Assembly (NCBI RefSeq): GCF_964204645.1
Contig: NC_134030.1
Coordinates: 4,630,778-4,694,777 of the forward strand
DNA length: 64,000 bases
Source of the DNA: Tubulanus polymorphus
Taxonomy: Eukaryota; Animalia; Nemertea
Direction of reading: 5' to 3'
The stretch's first letter is position 1; each line of letters opens with the position of its first letter. The notes beneath the pieces are model-generated. The model was not told the origin of the DNA. It made no database searches and worked only from the letters and a program-made list of their open reading frames with translations. Shown in pieces: positions 36,701-49,500 of the stretch. Both the position numbers and the translations under genes were made by a program.

Positions 36701-39700
36701 AAGTTATCGCTAATTTCTGACAGTCGATTTTTGTGTATTTGGAGAATCAATATCAGTTTATCTATGTAGATTCATTATGTACAAGTTGTATGAAAGATTC
36801 GTCCATTAACTCGAGATAATAATCGGCTTCCTGGGAATTCAACGGTCGACTTTAAATTGAACTACATGAAACGAATATATCTAAATGATGCATCGTGTTG
36901 AACATCAATTTACTTATTAATTAATGGTTATACCTAATTACTATGAGTCATTATTATGAATTATAAATTTGATTTGACCGTTTCCCAGAAAGAAACATTA
37001 TCACCCCGATATTATGTACGGTATGCACACTGTTATTAATGCTGATCTGTTATTATGCATCATTTCAGGAATTCTATGACCATGTGATGAGGCTGTGGGA
37101 TGATTCTGGGGTACAAGACTGTTTCTCCAGATCCAACGAATACCAGCTCATAGACTGTGCTCAATAGTAAGTCATCCCCAGCCCTCGATTGAAAGAAACT
37201 CCGAAGAAGTAAACTTAAAAATTCTTTGTGACAGTTCTCGTCGATTTTGTGTGTGTGTTGAATATTCGCCGAAGTTCCCAGTAACGTTGAATATACTTTT
37301 ATACCCATTCTGATGACCACGTGACGTGGCTGTGTGGTGATCGTGGTTTTTATGTGGGAAACGTCTCGTCGCACCTAATAAGAATCGGAGAGTCGGTTTC
37401 ATGGTGAAATTTGTCGTCTGATCTTCTTTCTACAGTTGCACATCCCTCTATCATCAGAGAAATCTGTCTCTCACGGTCTATGTATAAAAACCCCCGCACT
37501 GTTCTATTCATCGGGGAGCTGTATTTTCCAATTGGTTTGTTCTGACTCATGTTGAAAATGCTCTTTTTCGTTCGCTTCCCCACAAGAGCAAATCATAAAA
37601 TGAGCGCCGTCGTCGAACTACACGATCGGGATCGCTCGCGGGTGCAGCTTTCATTCGGTTGACAAAAGCGACTTTTCAAACTCATCAATATCGCGATATT
37701 TCAATTTCTGAAATCGCCGATAAGCTATAACAGAATCACGTCGACTTTAAGCTCTCTGTTGCTGCACTTGTTCTATGATAATGAATAATGCATGTAATGT
37801 TTTGACGAGTGGCTGGGCAAATCTAACTACCGTGTACGGAGAGTTTTTAACGACCCTTGTAACTTATTGACTTAAATATCCGATGGCGATCAAACATAGC
37901 GTCTGAACTTATTGCGCAAATAGAAAGTCTGATTTAAGATGAAATAGCCGTCAGGCGTAGTGACGAACACTCGAGGCGTGTAATGTTAAACTGATTTTCG
38001 TGTTTAGTCGAGGAAGTTGCTAAAGCTGTTGATTCAGTGCGATTTTATATACAACGCCGAAGCGGTGCCCAAGCTGGAACAAGTACATAACAAATCCAAT
38101 AAAAAACGTATTAATTTATGTGACGGTCTTAGTAAATGGGTCTCTTAACGGTTAGTACAATGTAATAACGTTTCGCCAATTTCCCACAAACCACGTAGCC
38201 TATTTCGCACGTACCAGGGTTTCGGTGTCGAAAAAACTCCGTAATTCATAATCGATGAACTTTCACGTTGCAGGTTTAGGTACATATGTAATAGCTTTTT
38301 TTCAATACAAAAGTTTTAATCAAGTCAATTCTTATTGTTACTGTTCTAGTATCTGTGATCTAGATGCATATTCTATAATGAATAGCTGTACAACTTTTTG
38401 TTACGTCGCGTGTATACGGGGTGCATTAATGATTTATATATTTGTCTTCAGTTTCCTCGATAGATTACGTGAAATACGAAAGTTGGACTATCTTCCTTCT
38501 GAACAGGTTCGTATTTCCTACGCCCTCTGGTTGTTATTCCCGATTACGATTAGCTCGAACTTATTTTAAAAAAAGATAACGTTTGAATAGCATATTTGAA
38601 ACTTTCAACCAGTAATTCTCAATATATTGTTATGTTATAATTTCTATGTAAATAAAGATAAATGCTATTATAAATATTGTCACTTTTTCATTTGTAGGAT
38701 ATTTTACGTTGTCGGCTGATGACAACTGGTATAAATCAAATCGATTATACAGTACGTGATGGAAGAAATAATGTAAATTTTAGGTAGGTTAAACAAATCA
38801 GCTGAAAAATGATCAGCCACTTTTTCACCTTTAGTCTTTGACAAATATTTGCAAAAGAAAAGGAACTTAATAGATGTGGGGAGTTTAACGGATATTAAAG
38901 TTAACGAAAGAATATTTGCTTTACTGCAATTTCACACGTCGCTTCAGTTTCGTGTGATATTGTATTGCATTTTCACTAATGTCTATAGTAATGCAAGGAA
39001 GGTTTAAGTTTTAGTCGAAGTAAGATCATATTACCGAACACCAGTGATCGCGCATCGCCGAATAAGCGCGGTTGGTTGTATCGTTAATGGCAAAAATGTT
39101 CATTGCCCTCATTAGTTCGTGTATTACCTTCATCAAACTTGCAAAGATCGTTTAGATATATGGCGTTAACCTCGACCTGAGCCGTGCACGGTATAAACCA
39201 CTTTGAATGCATGCGATGTATAGTTCGCAAACGAATTCTTTCGGCTATAGATGTGTTGACCCTAGGTAAATACGAACACCTTTCCCTCAAAATGAAATCA
39301 TGACATATGATAAAATGGGACATAAATATAAGAGATGATTCAATTCCAGAGGTTGCAAATATCTGTTTTTGTCGCCACTGATGTTTATTCGAAACTCTAA
39401 CACACGCTCTTTGAAGCTCTTCTGTTAGATTTATGATTCGATTTCTAGCGTATACGACGTCGGAGGACAGCAAGGTGAACGCCGTCGCTGGATTCAAGTA
39501 TTCGAATGTGTAACTGCCATACTATATTTAGCTGATTGCAGTAGTTTTGATCAGACTCTACGCGAAGACAATAAAACAAACAGACTCGTCGATTCACTGC
39601 ACATATTTGAACAAGTCTGGAATAACAGGTAATTTAAATTCGAAATTCCCGAAATTGAATCACTTACGATAATTAAAACGCTCGGTGCTATTTACGCTTT

Positions 39701-42448
39701 GTTGATCAAACGAAAGACAGATTTTTCTTAAATGTCGACATTCGTTGTAAATGATGCGCGGTAGTTAATTCAAACATTTTCTCAACAATAAAACGTGTAG
39801 GAAAAACCTCGCATCGAGTTTATTTCCAATATTGTTTCTCTAATGGAAACAGCTAGCAGCTATTACGCTATTTTAAAGCGGAGAACTCTCAATGACTGCC
39901 AATTTTGTGCGGCCGTTTATTTACGGTCGATTCTTATGATTCGTTGATTGTTTTCGACGATAAACTCGTATTATTTGATTGCCATGCCGACTGTTTAGGC
40001 GGAAGTCGTCGATCGGCGTAAAACGGTTGTTTTGTCACGCAGGTTCCTGCGCTACGTATCCGTACTGTTATTCGTGAATAAGATCGATCGCCTGAAAGAA
40101 AAAATCGACAGAGGACGAACGGTTAGGCCGATGTTGGAGCGGTATTACCAGGAGCTCCGCGGGGAAATCGAAATTGATGACAAAGAACGGTTCACGAGGC
40201 GCAAATCGTCACTTCCCCGACTCTGGGACAAGCTCAACTTCGATACATTCCAGCCGTCAGGTCAGTATTTACTGTTGTCGAGGGAAACCGAAACATCCTA
40301 CAAACACCTGTTTATGTACGATCAGTCAATTTGGCTCTTCGAGACATCTTTCGATGTTTGTTTGCTCGAATCATATTCCTTTCGAATGGGCTACCGGCAC
40401 CACCAGATGGCGCAACATAACACTCGGTGACTGTAGTGAACTGATATAAATCTCAGTGTAGTTAACAAATAAAAACCCACAGTAGATTTGTAGAAAAACA
40501 CTCGGTGACTGTAGTAAACTGATATAAATCTCAGTGTAGTTTTTTGTTCCTCTGAAGATGAGGTTTAGTTTTAACCTGGAAACTGTTAGGAAATAAACTG
40601 TTTCTACAAAAATCTACTGTGGGTTTTTTATTCGAAAACACTCGGTCATTCGTTGCGAAAATCAGTTATTTTCAATGAAATTTGAACTCGATTCCAAATA
40701 CAGAATTATCAAACAAGTCATTCGATAGATACAAGATACACTTGCTCTCTCAGTGTATGGTACAGATTTCGCCTGAAAATTGATTTCCAAATAAGAAAAA
40801 TAGATTAGAATTTAATTGAAACGTAGAAGGAAATTGAAGCGCTGTAATCCGGTGCTACTAGCAATCCTGGCAGATTATCGCCGAATCCTCGCTTGCCACA
40901 GTAGCGTTGTCGGGATCCCATTGTATTCCAATGTGAATAATGGTTCATACAACGTCAAAAATAATTCCAGTTATCTCAAATTGTTCGTGACGAAATTTTC
41001 ATTAACTGGGGATGATGTGAACGTGATGGATCAAAATATGATGAATAAGTAATGACAGCATGTCATCTATTTATTAAACGGGTGGCTATTGAATATGAAA
41101 ACTAATAACATCAACCAATTATGCAAAGTAAATATAATAATTCTGAGTACTAGCTGGGCTTGTCAGGGCAATGGCGATTAGAATCAATCATCGTAGAATA
41201 TAATCGTAGATCTTATTTCGTAGAAAATGAGAGGCGAGTGTTTCTGAATTCATACCCAGGCGCATCTCCGTCCACATCGAGGAAAAGGTCAAAGGGCAGC
41301 ATCAACCCGAACGAAGAACGACGGTCAGTGGAAATATCACCGAATGTCATCAAGAACGCCTCGTTTATCATGCGAACGTTTATGGTAGGTGTTAAATGAT
41401 GATGTCCCGGTTATATCGAGGGACGTCTTTTCGCCGAAAGGACAATATAAAAGCGAAATCGTTAGAGCTCCATAAATACTGTTGGAGAGTCTACAGTTTC
41501 TTCCGAATCAACTCGAATGTAGATTTTGTTGTCAGGTTGATATATGTCTGAATTTGTTTTTATATCGATTGAGATTGTATTCATTCGATGTCTGGAAATA
41601 CCGCCGAGAATCATCGTTGATAAATGATATACGAACTGTTATATTATGTCACATTGATATTCAGAGCTCAGTACAGTGTATGTCGCTTCACGAGCTTAAG
41701 AAAAATCATGTCGATTTTCCCTTGAGTAGATTGCGGGTAGAATTTTGCGACAAGTATTATTACTAATGTTCTACTTGCCATCAGATGCATTCCCCGTCAT
41801 CAGCAATATAAACATGGTTATTACTGGGCTGACTACTGGTGACTACTAGTGACTGCTCGGTCCATTTCACCAATTAATGCACCGATGGAGCCACCTTTCC
41901 CCCTCGAGGAATACAGTCACACTCTCTACTCGTTTCTGTCGTGTCCTTTCTAACGACATCGAATTAGTAAACTTCAAGACGAATTGTACTTCGAAGGTTA
42001 CCTTAATTCAGTTGAAGTGCGAGCTTTCGCTACTTTTGTAGTGTATAGTTGCTTCATCGGTAAATCAGGTCATTTCCTCGATGAAGCAACTGTACACTAC
42101 AATACCATCGAAAACTCGTACTTCAAATAAATTCAGTTAAGCTTCAAAGTACGATATGTCTTGGCGTTTACTGATTTGATACCAGGATAAAACAGCTCCT
42201 CCACAGCTCTGCTCGTAAAGACATCGAGCTTTTCTGGATGTTGTCTCATTTGGTTTTGTCCTTCGTTATTTCAGGATTTGACCAGCATTCCAAAGTTGAC
42301 CGAGGACGGACACGAGGATTTCCACCAACACCATACGTGTAATTGTTACTATACGTGCGCTGTGAATACGAACAACATACAAATAGTGCTAGACGGCTGT
42401 AGATCGTTAATTATTACCAAACATCTGGAACGATTTGGAATCTTATGA
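33762..42448 (+). CDS. Heterotrimeric G protein alpha subunit, divergent Gs class (Gs/Gf-like), 451 aa
   Basis: Exons 33762-33891, 34013-34085, 34503-34557, 35472-35597, 37069-37166, 38452-38506, 38698-38783, 39449-39628, 40043-40260, 41224-41384, 42275-42448; 1356 nt in frame. G boxes [31 protein letters not shown]. Gs-like [16 protein letters not shown] and WNNRFLR. C-terminus KHLERFGIL. Confidence 0.93.
40419..40649 (+). mobile_element. Penelope-like pseudo-LTR remnant with a minimal hammerhead ribozyme motif, in G-alpha intron 9
   Basis: ~43-bp direct repeat (40420 and 40498); ~30-bp inverted repeat (40468-40496 vs 40601-40632); TTCCT-CTGAAGA-TG-AGGTT..AACCT-G-GAAAC-T-GTT-AGGAA at 40547-40592, followed by AATAAA. 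Confidence 0.6.
41958..42180. repeat. ~220-bp imperfect palindrome (foldback) in the last G-alpha intron
   Basis: Core TTGTAGTGTATAGTTGCTTCATCG pairs with CGATGAAGCAACTGTACACTACAA. Pairing extends out to ATCGAATTAGTAAAC and GTTTACTGATTTGAT. Confidence 0.85.
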
Positions 42449-43270
42449 TCACTTGTATTCGAGATGAATGAATATTGAATTCAACTCTGGTTCATCGCAT
42501 AGATTCCGTCGATTGTGCTCTGATGAACATATTTCGTATTTCGGGTTCGTGATTCCTTCGGCTTTTCGTGATAAATATGCAGCAGTGGTGATAAACCCTT
42601 AATTGCTTAATTGATATATTGACAATTTCAAATTCATCTGTTAAAATGTCACGAGTACATCGATGACGATATTGACGTGACGGATTTTAAAACTGGGTCA
42701 AGAGGAATCAACTAATATTGGTCGATTCTTAATAGTGTAAATCATTTTTAGATATTCTTTGCGTTGCCTGGACGTTTGAACTTTTTGATTCAAATCTTAA
42801 AAAGAAATTTTCTTTTTGCGTGACGCGCTGCTAAACAACATTGAGAAAATACGAGAAAATAATTCATCAATTATCGTTGTGTAAAGGATTTCTAAAATTC
42901 GAGATTTTTATTCCCATTTCTATATGGCTTAAAGCTGCGTGAAAACACTCTTCTATATATATCTCGATTCGTCCGGCAGTCAGATTAGGACAAGTTACGA
43001 ATCATTTGAGCAGCAACGGCGACGACAAATCCATTCGAAACGAAACGGCGAACAACAATCCGTGATTTACTCGATGCGATGGCTATAGTTTAATGTTCAA
43101 GTATCTAGTCGATTGAGATAATAAGAATATATAGTCATAATTCCCGCCGGAATTAAGAACATTTTGCATAAGTCGCTATCACCACTCTTTTACTTCATCG
43201 CGGAGACGTGTCCAGCTTGTTGATATTATGATATGTATTTGATTGTAATATACGCGCGGATGTGATTTGC

Positions 43271-43273
43271 ATA

Positions 43274-43329
<56 letters not shown>
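43271..43329. repeat. (TA)n microsatellite
   Basis: Directly visible; shorter ones at ~6890-6917 and ~32956-32975. Confidence 0.95.
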
Positions 43330-43333
<4 letters not shown>

Positions 43334-46300
43334 AGATACTTGCAGCACTTCCGCTGAATCGACTGTGATAATGTAAAAGTACTGCCGGCAATTCGGGCTA
43401 ATAACCAGTTATCCGCCACAAATAATCTATCCATCAGCACAAAGTAAATGATATCCTAAAAATATATTCAACTTTATGTTTATATAATGATACTGTCGGG
43501 ATTTCTGTAGCGCTATTTTGAGTTTATGAATGATTAAAACGCATGATACCGATAATGGAACGTTTCATAATGTGTATCGTGGTTCTGCGTCAATCGCCCG
43601 GGTTTATCTTATGGCGGCTGTTGGTTGTTTTTACGGTATAATTCGTTTCTATTTTCTAACGTCGTTGGCTGTGTCGCACCTGTAGCAACCTCGATAATTT
43701 CCTGGAGCTCGTGAGGGATGTAGAAAACGGAAACTGAAGCGAGTCGAGCGTATAATTAAACTTTATTATGTCACATTGGCATCTAATTATCGCGTATAGA
43801 CTGCAGCGGTTTTGAGGTTGACAGTAGCACATAATGCCTTTGAAACGATTTTCGTTCGTAATTCGTTCATTCGTCAATTCACTCGCATCTGTTTCAGTGT
43901 TACAATAGAAAACGGCTAAAAAAATTATACATGTAATTGAAATCAGAAAGGTGCAATCAGTTTTGGCTATATAGCTAGACGATGTCATGGCTAAAGGCTA
44001 TATTGACGTTGAAGACTCTCCTGGGTGTTTTCAGTTAGATTTGCTTTGCGCACTTCATCGCGGCACCAGTTTACACGACTCGAATATGATCGATCTTTGG
44101 CAAACAGAGAAATCTCTTAATCAATTCTAGTAACTGGCTGCCGCTTTGAAAACTATTTCAGTAGATAGCAATTTGTTTAAATACGTCCAGTGCTGTGTTT
44201 AGACGCCGACATCTGGTATACGATTCGCTAAAAAAAGCTATATTGCTTTGCTTCGGCGTTGTCTAGCATTGCACATTGAAACTACCTGAGCCACTAGCCC
44301 GGCCACTAGATATCGTTATCTTGATGTATTAAAATGTCGAGATGATAAAAGACTTCTCGTGTTACATGTGCATTAATAAAGTCACTGACAGATAAATTGA
44401 ATTTGTAATTGATTAGTGAATTGAACGAAATGATATCATATGCGGGGGTGTTGAACACAGCATCTGTATTAGAATCTAGAATTAACTAATTAACACATTT
44501 GGTTAATTACGCTTCTGATGACACCGAAGGTTGCGGGAATATTATTAATTATAGCTGCTGGTGGGCAGTCTTGCAAGTGGCAAACTATATCTCGTTCTAC
44601 TGTCTCTGGAATGAGGCTGAATTGTTGCGCAGTCATGTCTGGATTCATACCAGTCTAAGCCTTTTTATGATATAGCTAATGATGATTTAGCAATGAAAAT
44701 CGCGAACGACTGTGCAACTAGGCCCTGCCAGCAAGCAATAGCGATGTCGACGCCATCTAGCGACTTTTTGGCATATAGGCGATGATTCTTTTTTGAAATT
44801 AATATTCACCGGCGAATTTGCTTCAATCAGTGCGCAGGCGCGCACGCAAGTTATATTCAAATGGCCCGGGATAACTGGGTCAAAAATTCAATATGAAATA
44901 ATGTGTATATCCGCTTAATTTTTCTATGATGTAAATAAATGAAATGAGACAATAAATCGATAACACAAGAGCTGAGATTATTGGCGTTATCTTTAGTTTT
45001 AGTATACATGTTTGATAAATATCCGTAGCAGCAATAACGATAAAAACCTCATTTTCTAATGAGAAATAACAGTAAGTTAACGCGAATGTTTTCATCATAT
45101 CCTCTCATCAGGTGAAATACAAGTGAATCCAATAATAAAACTACAAATTGGTAGATTAATCCAACAAGAGTTAAAATTACAAGCGCTAATTCTAACTAAT
45201 TACAAGCCATCTCTATGTCTACACCGGAAACAGTTGAAGGACGATGGGTAACACGATCGATCGGTAGCGCTAAGAGCCTTTCTTGTTTACCACATACGCC
45301 CCTCCCCTATGTACACATTTTGTATGGTGGTATTCAAACTGGTGGGTAAAATGTTGAATATTTACACCAATCCCCGGGCGACACCGAGCATTAAGTGCCG
45401 TCGAAATAATGGCGACTGGCGGGCGCCGTTTATTATACTCCGAGATATACACATTATGTGGCCATCAATTCATGAAAACAGTGATCATCAATTTACAATT
45501 GGTCGGTTAACCATCCTGTTTATCGAATCGGAAGAAAATGTTTCTTTTGTCACACCGCATTTAAAGCGGTGTATCGCTACTTACGATCTTTTGTGATCTG
45601 TAAATCTTGACTCCCATATGAATGTTCATTGATGACCGAAGTGAAGATTCGCAAAATTTTCTTAATTTTCTCTCGATTTTTTTGCAATTGACTCCGCCTA
45701 TTCGCCGAGTAATTTGAGATGTTGTGTTCAAAATCTATTGAATCTCACATTTTCATATCCTTTTTTTTACATACATGCAAACATGTCGAATATAGTCTTT
45801 TTCTTTTCTTTTTAATCTAACATTTCACTATCGATCTAATATTTCACGAAACGTTAGTGGCCTATCACAACAGATCTATATACGAAATTTAAATATCGCT
45901 TGTCTATTGAATTGAATAATGATGTTCTGCGGTTGAATTAGCCAATTTAACTATAAACACGGTACAATTAATATGGATGGTCATTATTAGCGAGCAAGAG
46001 ATTCGTCTTGTCACCGGAGGGCTTTCTACTGAGCTGCATAAAAACCTTCTGCCTCGATGAAGAACCACGCTGATTCCATTCTTAGAAGGAGTCCCGCCAT
46101 ATTATACCGACCGACGACGACGGAGAATATTTATGTCCTTTGCCTCTATCCAAACTGATTCGTAACAGAGGAAGAGGCGACGATGCAGTTGAACATGGAA
46201 CTGGATGAAATCTGTGGTTAATTCTGATGTTTGTTGAATATTGACGTTATTCACGATAAAATCACTGGAAAATCGGACAGAATTTTGTTATGGTATATTT

Positions 46301-46524
46301 GTTAATTTGTTAGACCGCGTTTAAGATTTGTTCTGTCTCTTAGTTCTTATTTCAACATGACCAAACGCAGCGGAATTCCATTTACAAAAATCAAAACGCG
46401 CTGGAAACGATTTTCGTGAGGAAAATATATTTGGGATATATCTACATACACTCTTTTAAAGCCGTGAAATTTGTCTTAGTCGTTCATTAATGCAACGAGA
46501 ACTAATCGAAGAACATTTACAAAA

Positions 46525-49500
46525 ATGGAAATCTTGTCATCGGTCACGTTGTTTTTCATTTCTCTGACGATAAGTCCGTGTTCGTCTTGTATATTATTAC
46601 TAAACGGTTGGAAGCCGATGTCCGTTAAGGAAAGAGCGCAGCTTGCTGACGTAGTTGTAGCCGCGCACGCAATAAAAACTTTCAAAAACCATCGCACAAA
46701 ATCCGACACATATAGCGCCCTGTTTCGGCTCGATAATGTTATCAAAGGCAACAAAATACTGGATAAGATATCACCCGCGTTGAATAACCATCGTCCTTCT
46801 TACAATATCAGTAATTTTGGTGATAAAGCTATGTGTTACGCCGATATCGAAGCCGGAGAAAAATATATCCTATTTCTAACGACTTTCAAAAATCGTCTTT
46901 CGGCTAAATATGATGATATATTTGGGGCAGCAGCCCCGTATACGATTGACGACGAGGAAGAACTCTACAAAGATTTAGGTATGTTTTCCTTTTATCGAAA
47001 CAAAAAGCAATTGACCGCTAAAATAATCAACTGATTGCTGAAAATGTTATTTCAAGTAAAATGTAATAAATATTTAATGTATGATTCATTTATCCACATA
47101 TTACAACAAAATGATGGCGTTCTTTTGACGCTTACGGCGTTTATCAATAAAAATAGAAATAAGATCAAAACTACAAAATCGTAAATCTTAAAATCGTATA
47201 TAAATTCTTGAAGATTCCACGTTTATCGTTTTCGGTAGAAAATGTTCGTTTCATAAAACGATATTACAGTAAACGCCGTAGTAGGTTAATCATTAAATTT
47301 TTTGATAGAATTTTTCGAAGAATTGTTGAATCACCCACGTATCAATTTGGAAGTTTAGCCTGATAACTTTCACGCGTAAATCCTGCGTGGATATTCGAAG
47401 AAAAAAGATATTGAATCGAATCCGTCTGAAATTATGAATTATGTTCGATTTTTCGTTTGCCGAAAGTGCTTTTCGTAGTTTATATGCTACTGAAATTTGT
47501 TGTTAATCAGAAATCAATTGCGAGATGATCGGAACACAATTTCTCGGAAAAATTAAAATGTATGATGATTTCTGGGAAAAATTAAAATGTATGATGAAAT
47601 TATCTATATTTCGGATAGCTTAATCAGCACATGTATCCTCCCTCTATGTACCCGATTGTTGTAAGTATATCACCATAATTGGGAATGGTCTTAGAAAGTT
47701 GTTATATTTAACTTTCTTATCTGTTTTTGACGCTACAACGTTTAGGTAGGAATTCGAATTCATATTCTTGTATTCAAGGTTTATTAGATCATTCAGATTT
47801 ACTTGCGAAATGAAATTATTTTCGTGAAAAAAGCTTCCATTACATAAATTGATGTGAAAGAATTTGTAAAAGTTTCGGATCAGAAGGCTTTTGAATATTC
47901 CATACGTCTCGCATAGTTCATCATGTTTCTACGAGGTTCATCAGAAAAAAAACACAGTTTTTGAATATTTTATATACGACGACGCGGGATATGATGGATT
48001 CTCTTCTAGACCTACAATTACGGTTATAATTTATCATTCCTACTATGCCAAAAACTGTATGATCCGCGAACGTCTAATTGGTCGCGCCTCGTTTTTTCTA
48101 TCTCATTCATTCATTTATTTATTCATTCACAAGTGCTTTCGGATATTTCAGAAAACTTTGTGCGCCGTACAATTTAGCCCGGAGTCAAGTGGTGTCGAGG
48201 ATTCTATAGGCGATTGTCGGCGCACTGGTTTTCTTTTTCGATTCACAATGTGGGTATTGCGACTCCATTCGAGCATAAATAATTGCTAGGCAGGCGGGTA
48301 TTATTGAGGTAAATTATAGGCCTCCGTTGTCGAATCGTCAGGCTAGGCATAAATAGCTTAACGCGCAAACAAAGCCTCGCAACTCCTTAAGTGTCGCTAT
48401 CTTTCGCTATATCGGGAATTTTGTCGGGCTTCAAAAGCTAGCCTACTTGATGCTTGATTTTGTTGTTATTCGAAACACTTGATCGAAAACAAGAAATCGC
48501 ATACGTTTTAACGCTGTCTTATTGATTTAATCTTGGTAATCGACCATAAATAGGCGTTAAGTGGCGCATCAACTCCTTAGATACCGACGACTACTACAAG
48601 TTCATTAATCAACCCATCCGTAGATGGGCTTTCTACATCGATAGAAATCTAAACAGTTTTATGATCACCCTTCATCCGAAACAGTAGAACTTGATAATTT
48701 TCATTTATAGTAACTATGGTCTTTTTGTCATTGAATAGAGGAGTTGATACCGAAAAAGATTGTTTTTTTTCATTTTTCATGACATTTGAATGCAATCTGA
48801 ATATGTGAATTGTTTTAACAGGATGGAACGCTTGGTCTGACTGGTCGGCCTGTGATAAGCAATGTAACGCTGGTACGCAAATTCGCCAACGTCGATGTAT
48901 GTCATCAGAACATTGTGTACAGGAGAAGCAACCACAAAGAAAGCGACAATGCAACTTGTTTCCGTGCAAAGGTTTGGTCCTGGCTGCAAAAACCACTTAG
49001 AACTTTAGATTATTATGTTTTTATCAGGCAGGCTACGATTTGTCTCTACCGATTCCAGAAGTCTCTTCTGGCGCGTTAGTTTTGACCAGAATATAATCCG
49101 TAAACCTGATAGAAATCCAGAATTGCTATTCCACAACCGGAATACGTTTAATCGAAACCTCCCTTACTAAATGATAAAAAAGTGTTTTCAATCTCAGAGG
49201 ATTATCCTCATATTTCTCTTTTAAAATATCCTCTTTTCCACACATAGGATTCCACGATTTCATAGCTGCTCTGGGCTTTCAGTTCTTACCAAAAGGCGTA
49301 ACCAAAACACCAGACCGAAAAACCGCTTTCTCCATCAGCAGCGATACCAAGTTATTCGTTCCATTGGCGAATTTCATCAAACCGAAGTTTCCGTTAGATT
49401 TTTCGATTTTGTTAACAATCAGATTAGAATCAGCTGCCAGAGGTGGCTTCATCTTTGGAATAACTGACATGAAAGGAAGACTGAAATTAGGAGTATCTAT

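Noticed and set aside
40419-40545. Direct repeats with a spacer, superficially CRISPR-like (also 50251/50396)
   Set aside because: Eukaryotic intron, only two full copies, no cas genes; better explained by a retroelement remnant or local duplication.
43656-43988. 110-aa minus ORF with a hydrophobic N-terminus and CxC..C..CxC, toxin-like at first sight
   Set aside because: The hydrophobic stretch comes from a T-rich tract, the Cys pattern fits no framework I recognise, and there is no paralog or splice support.
47539-47597. Short two-copy tandem repeat; 10-bp repeats at ~31684 and ~41830
   Set aside because: Ordinary slippage duplications with no sign of function.
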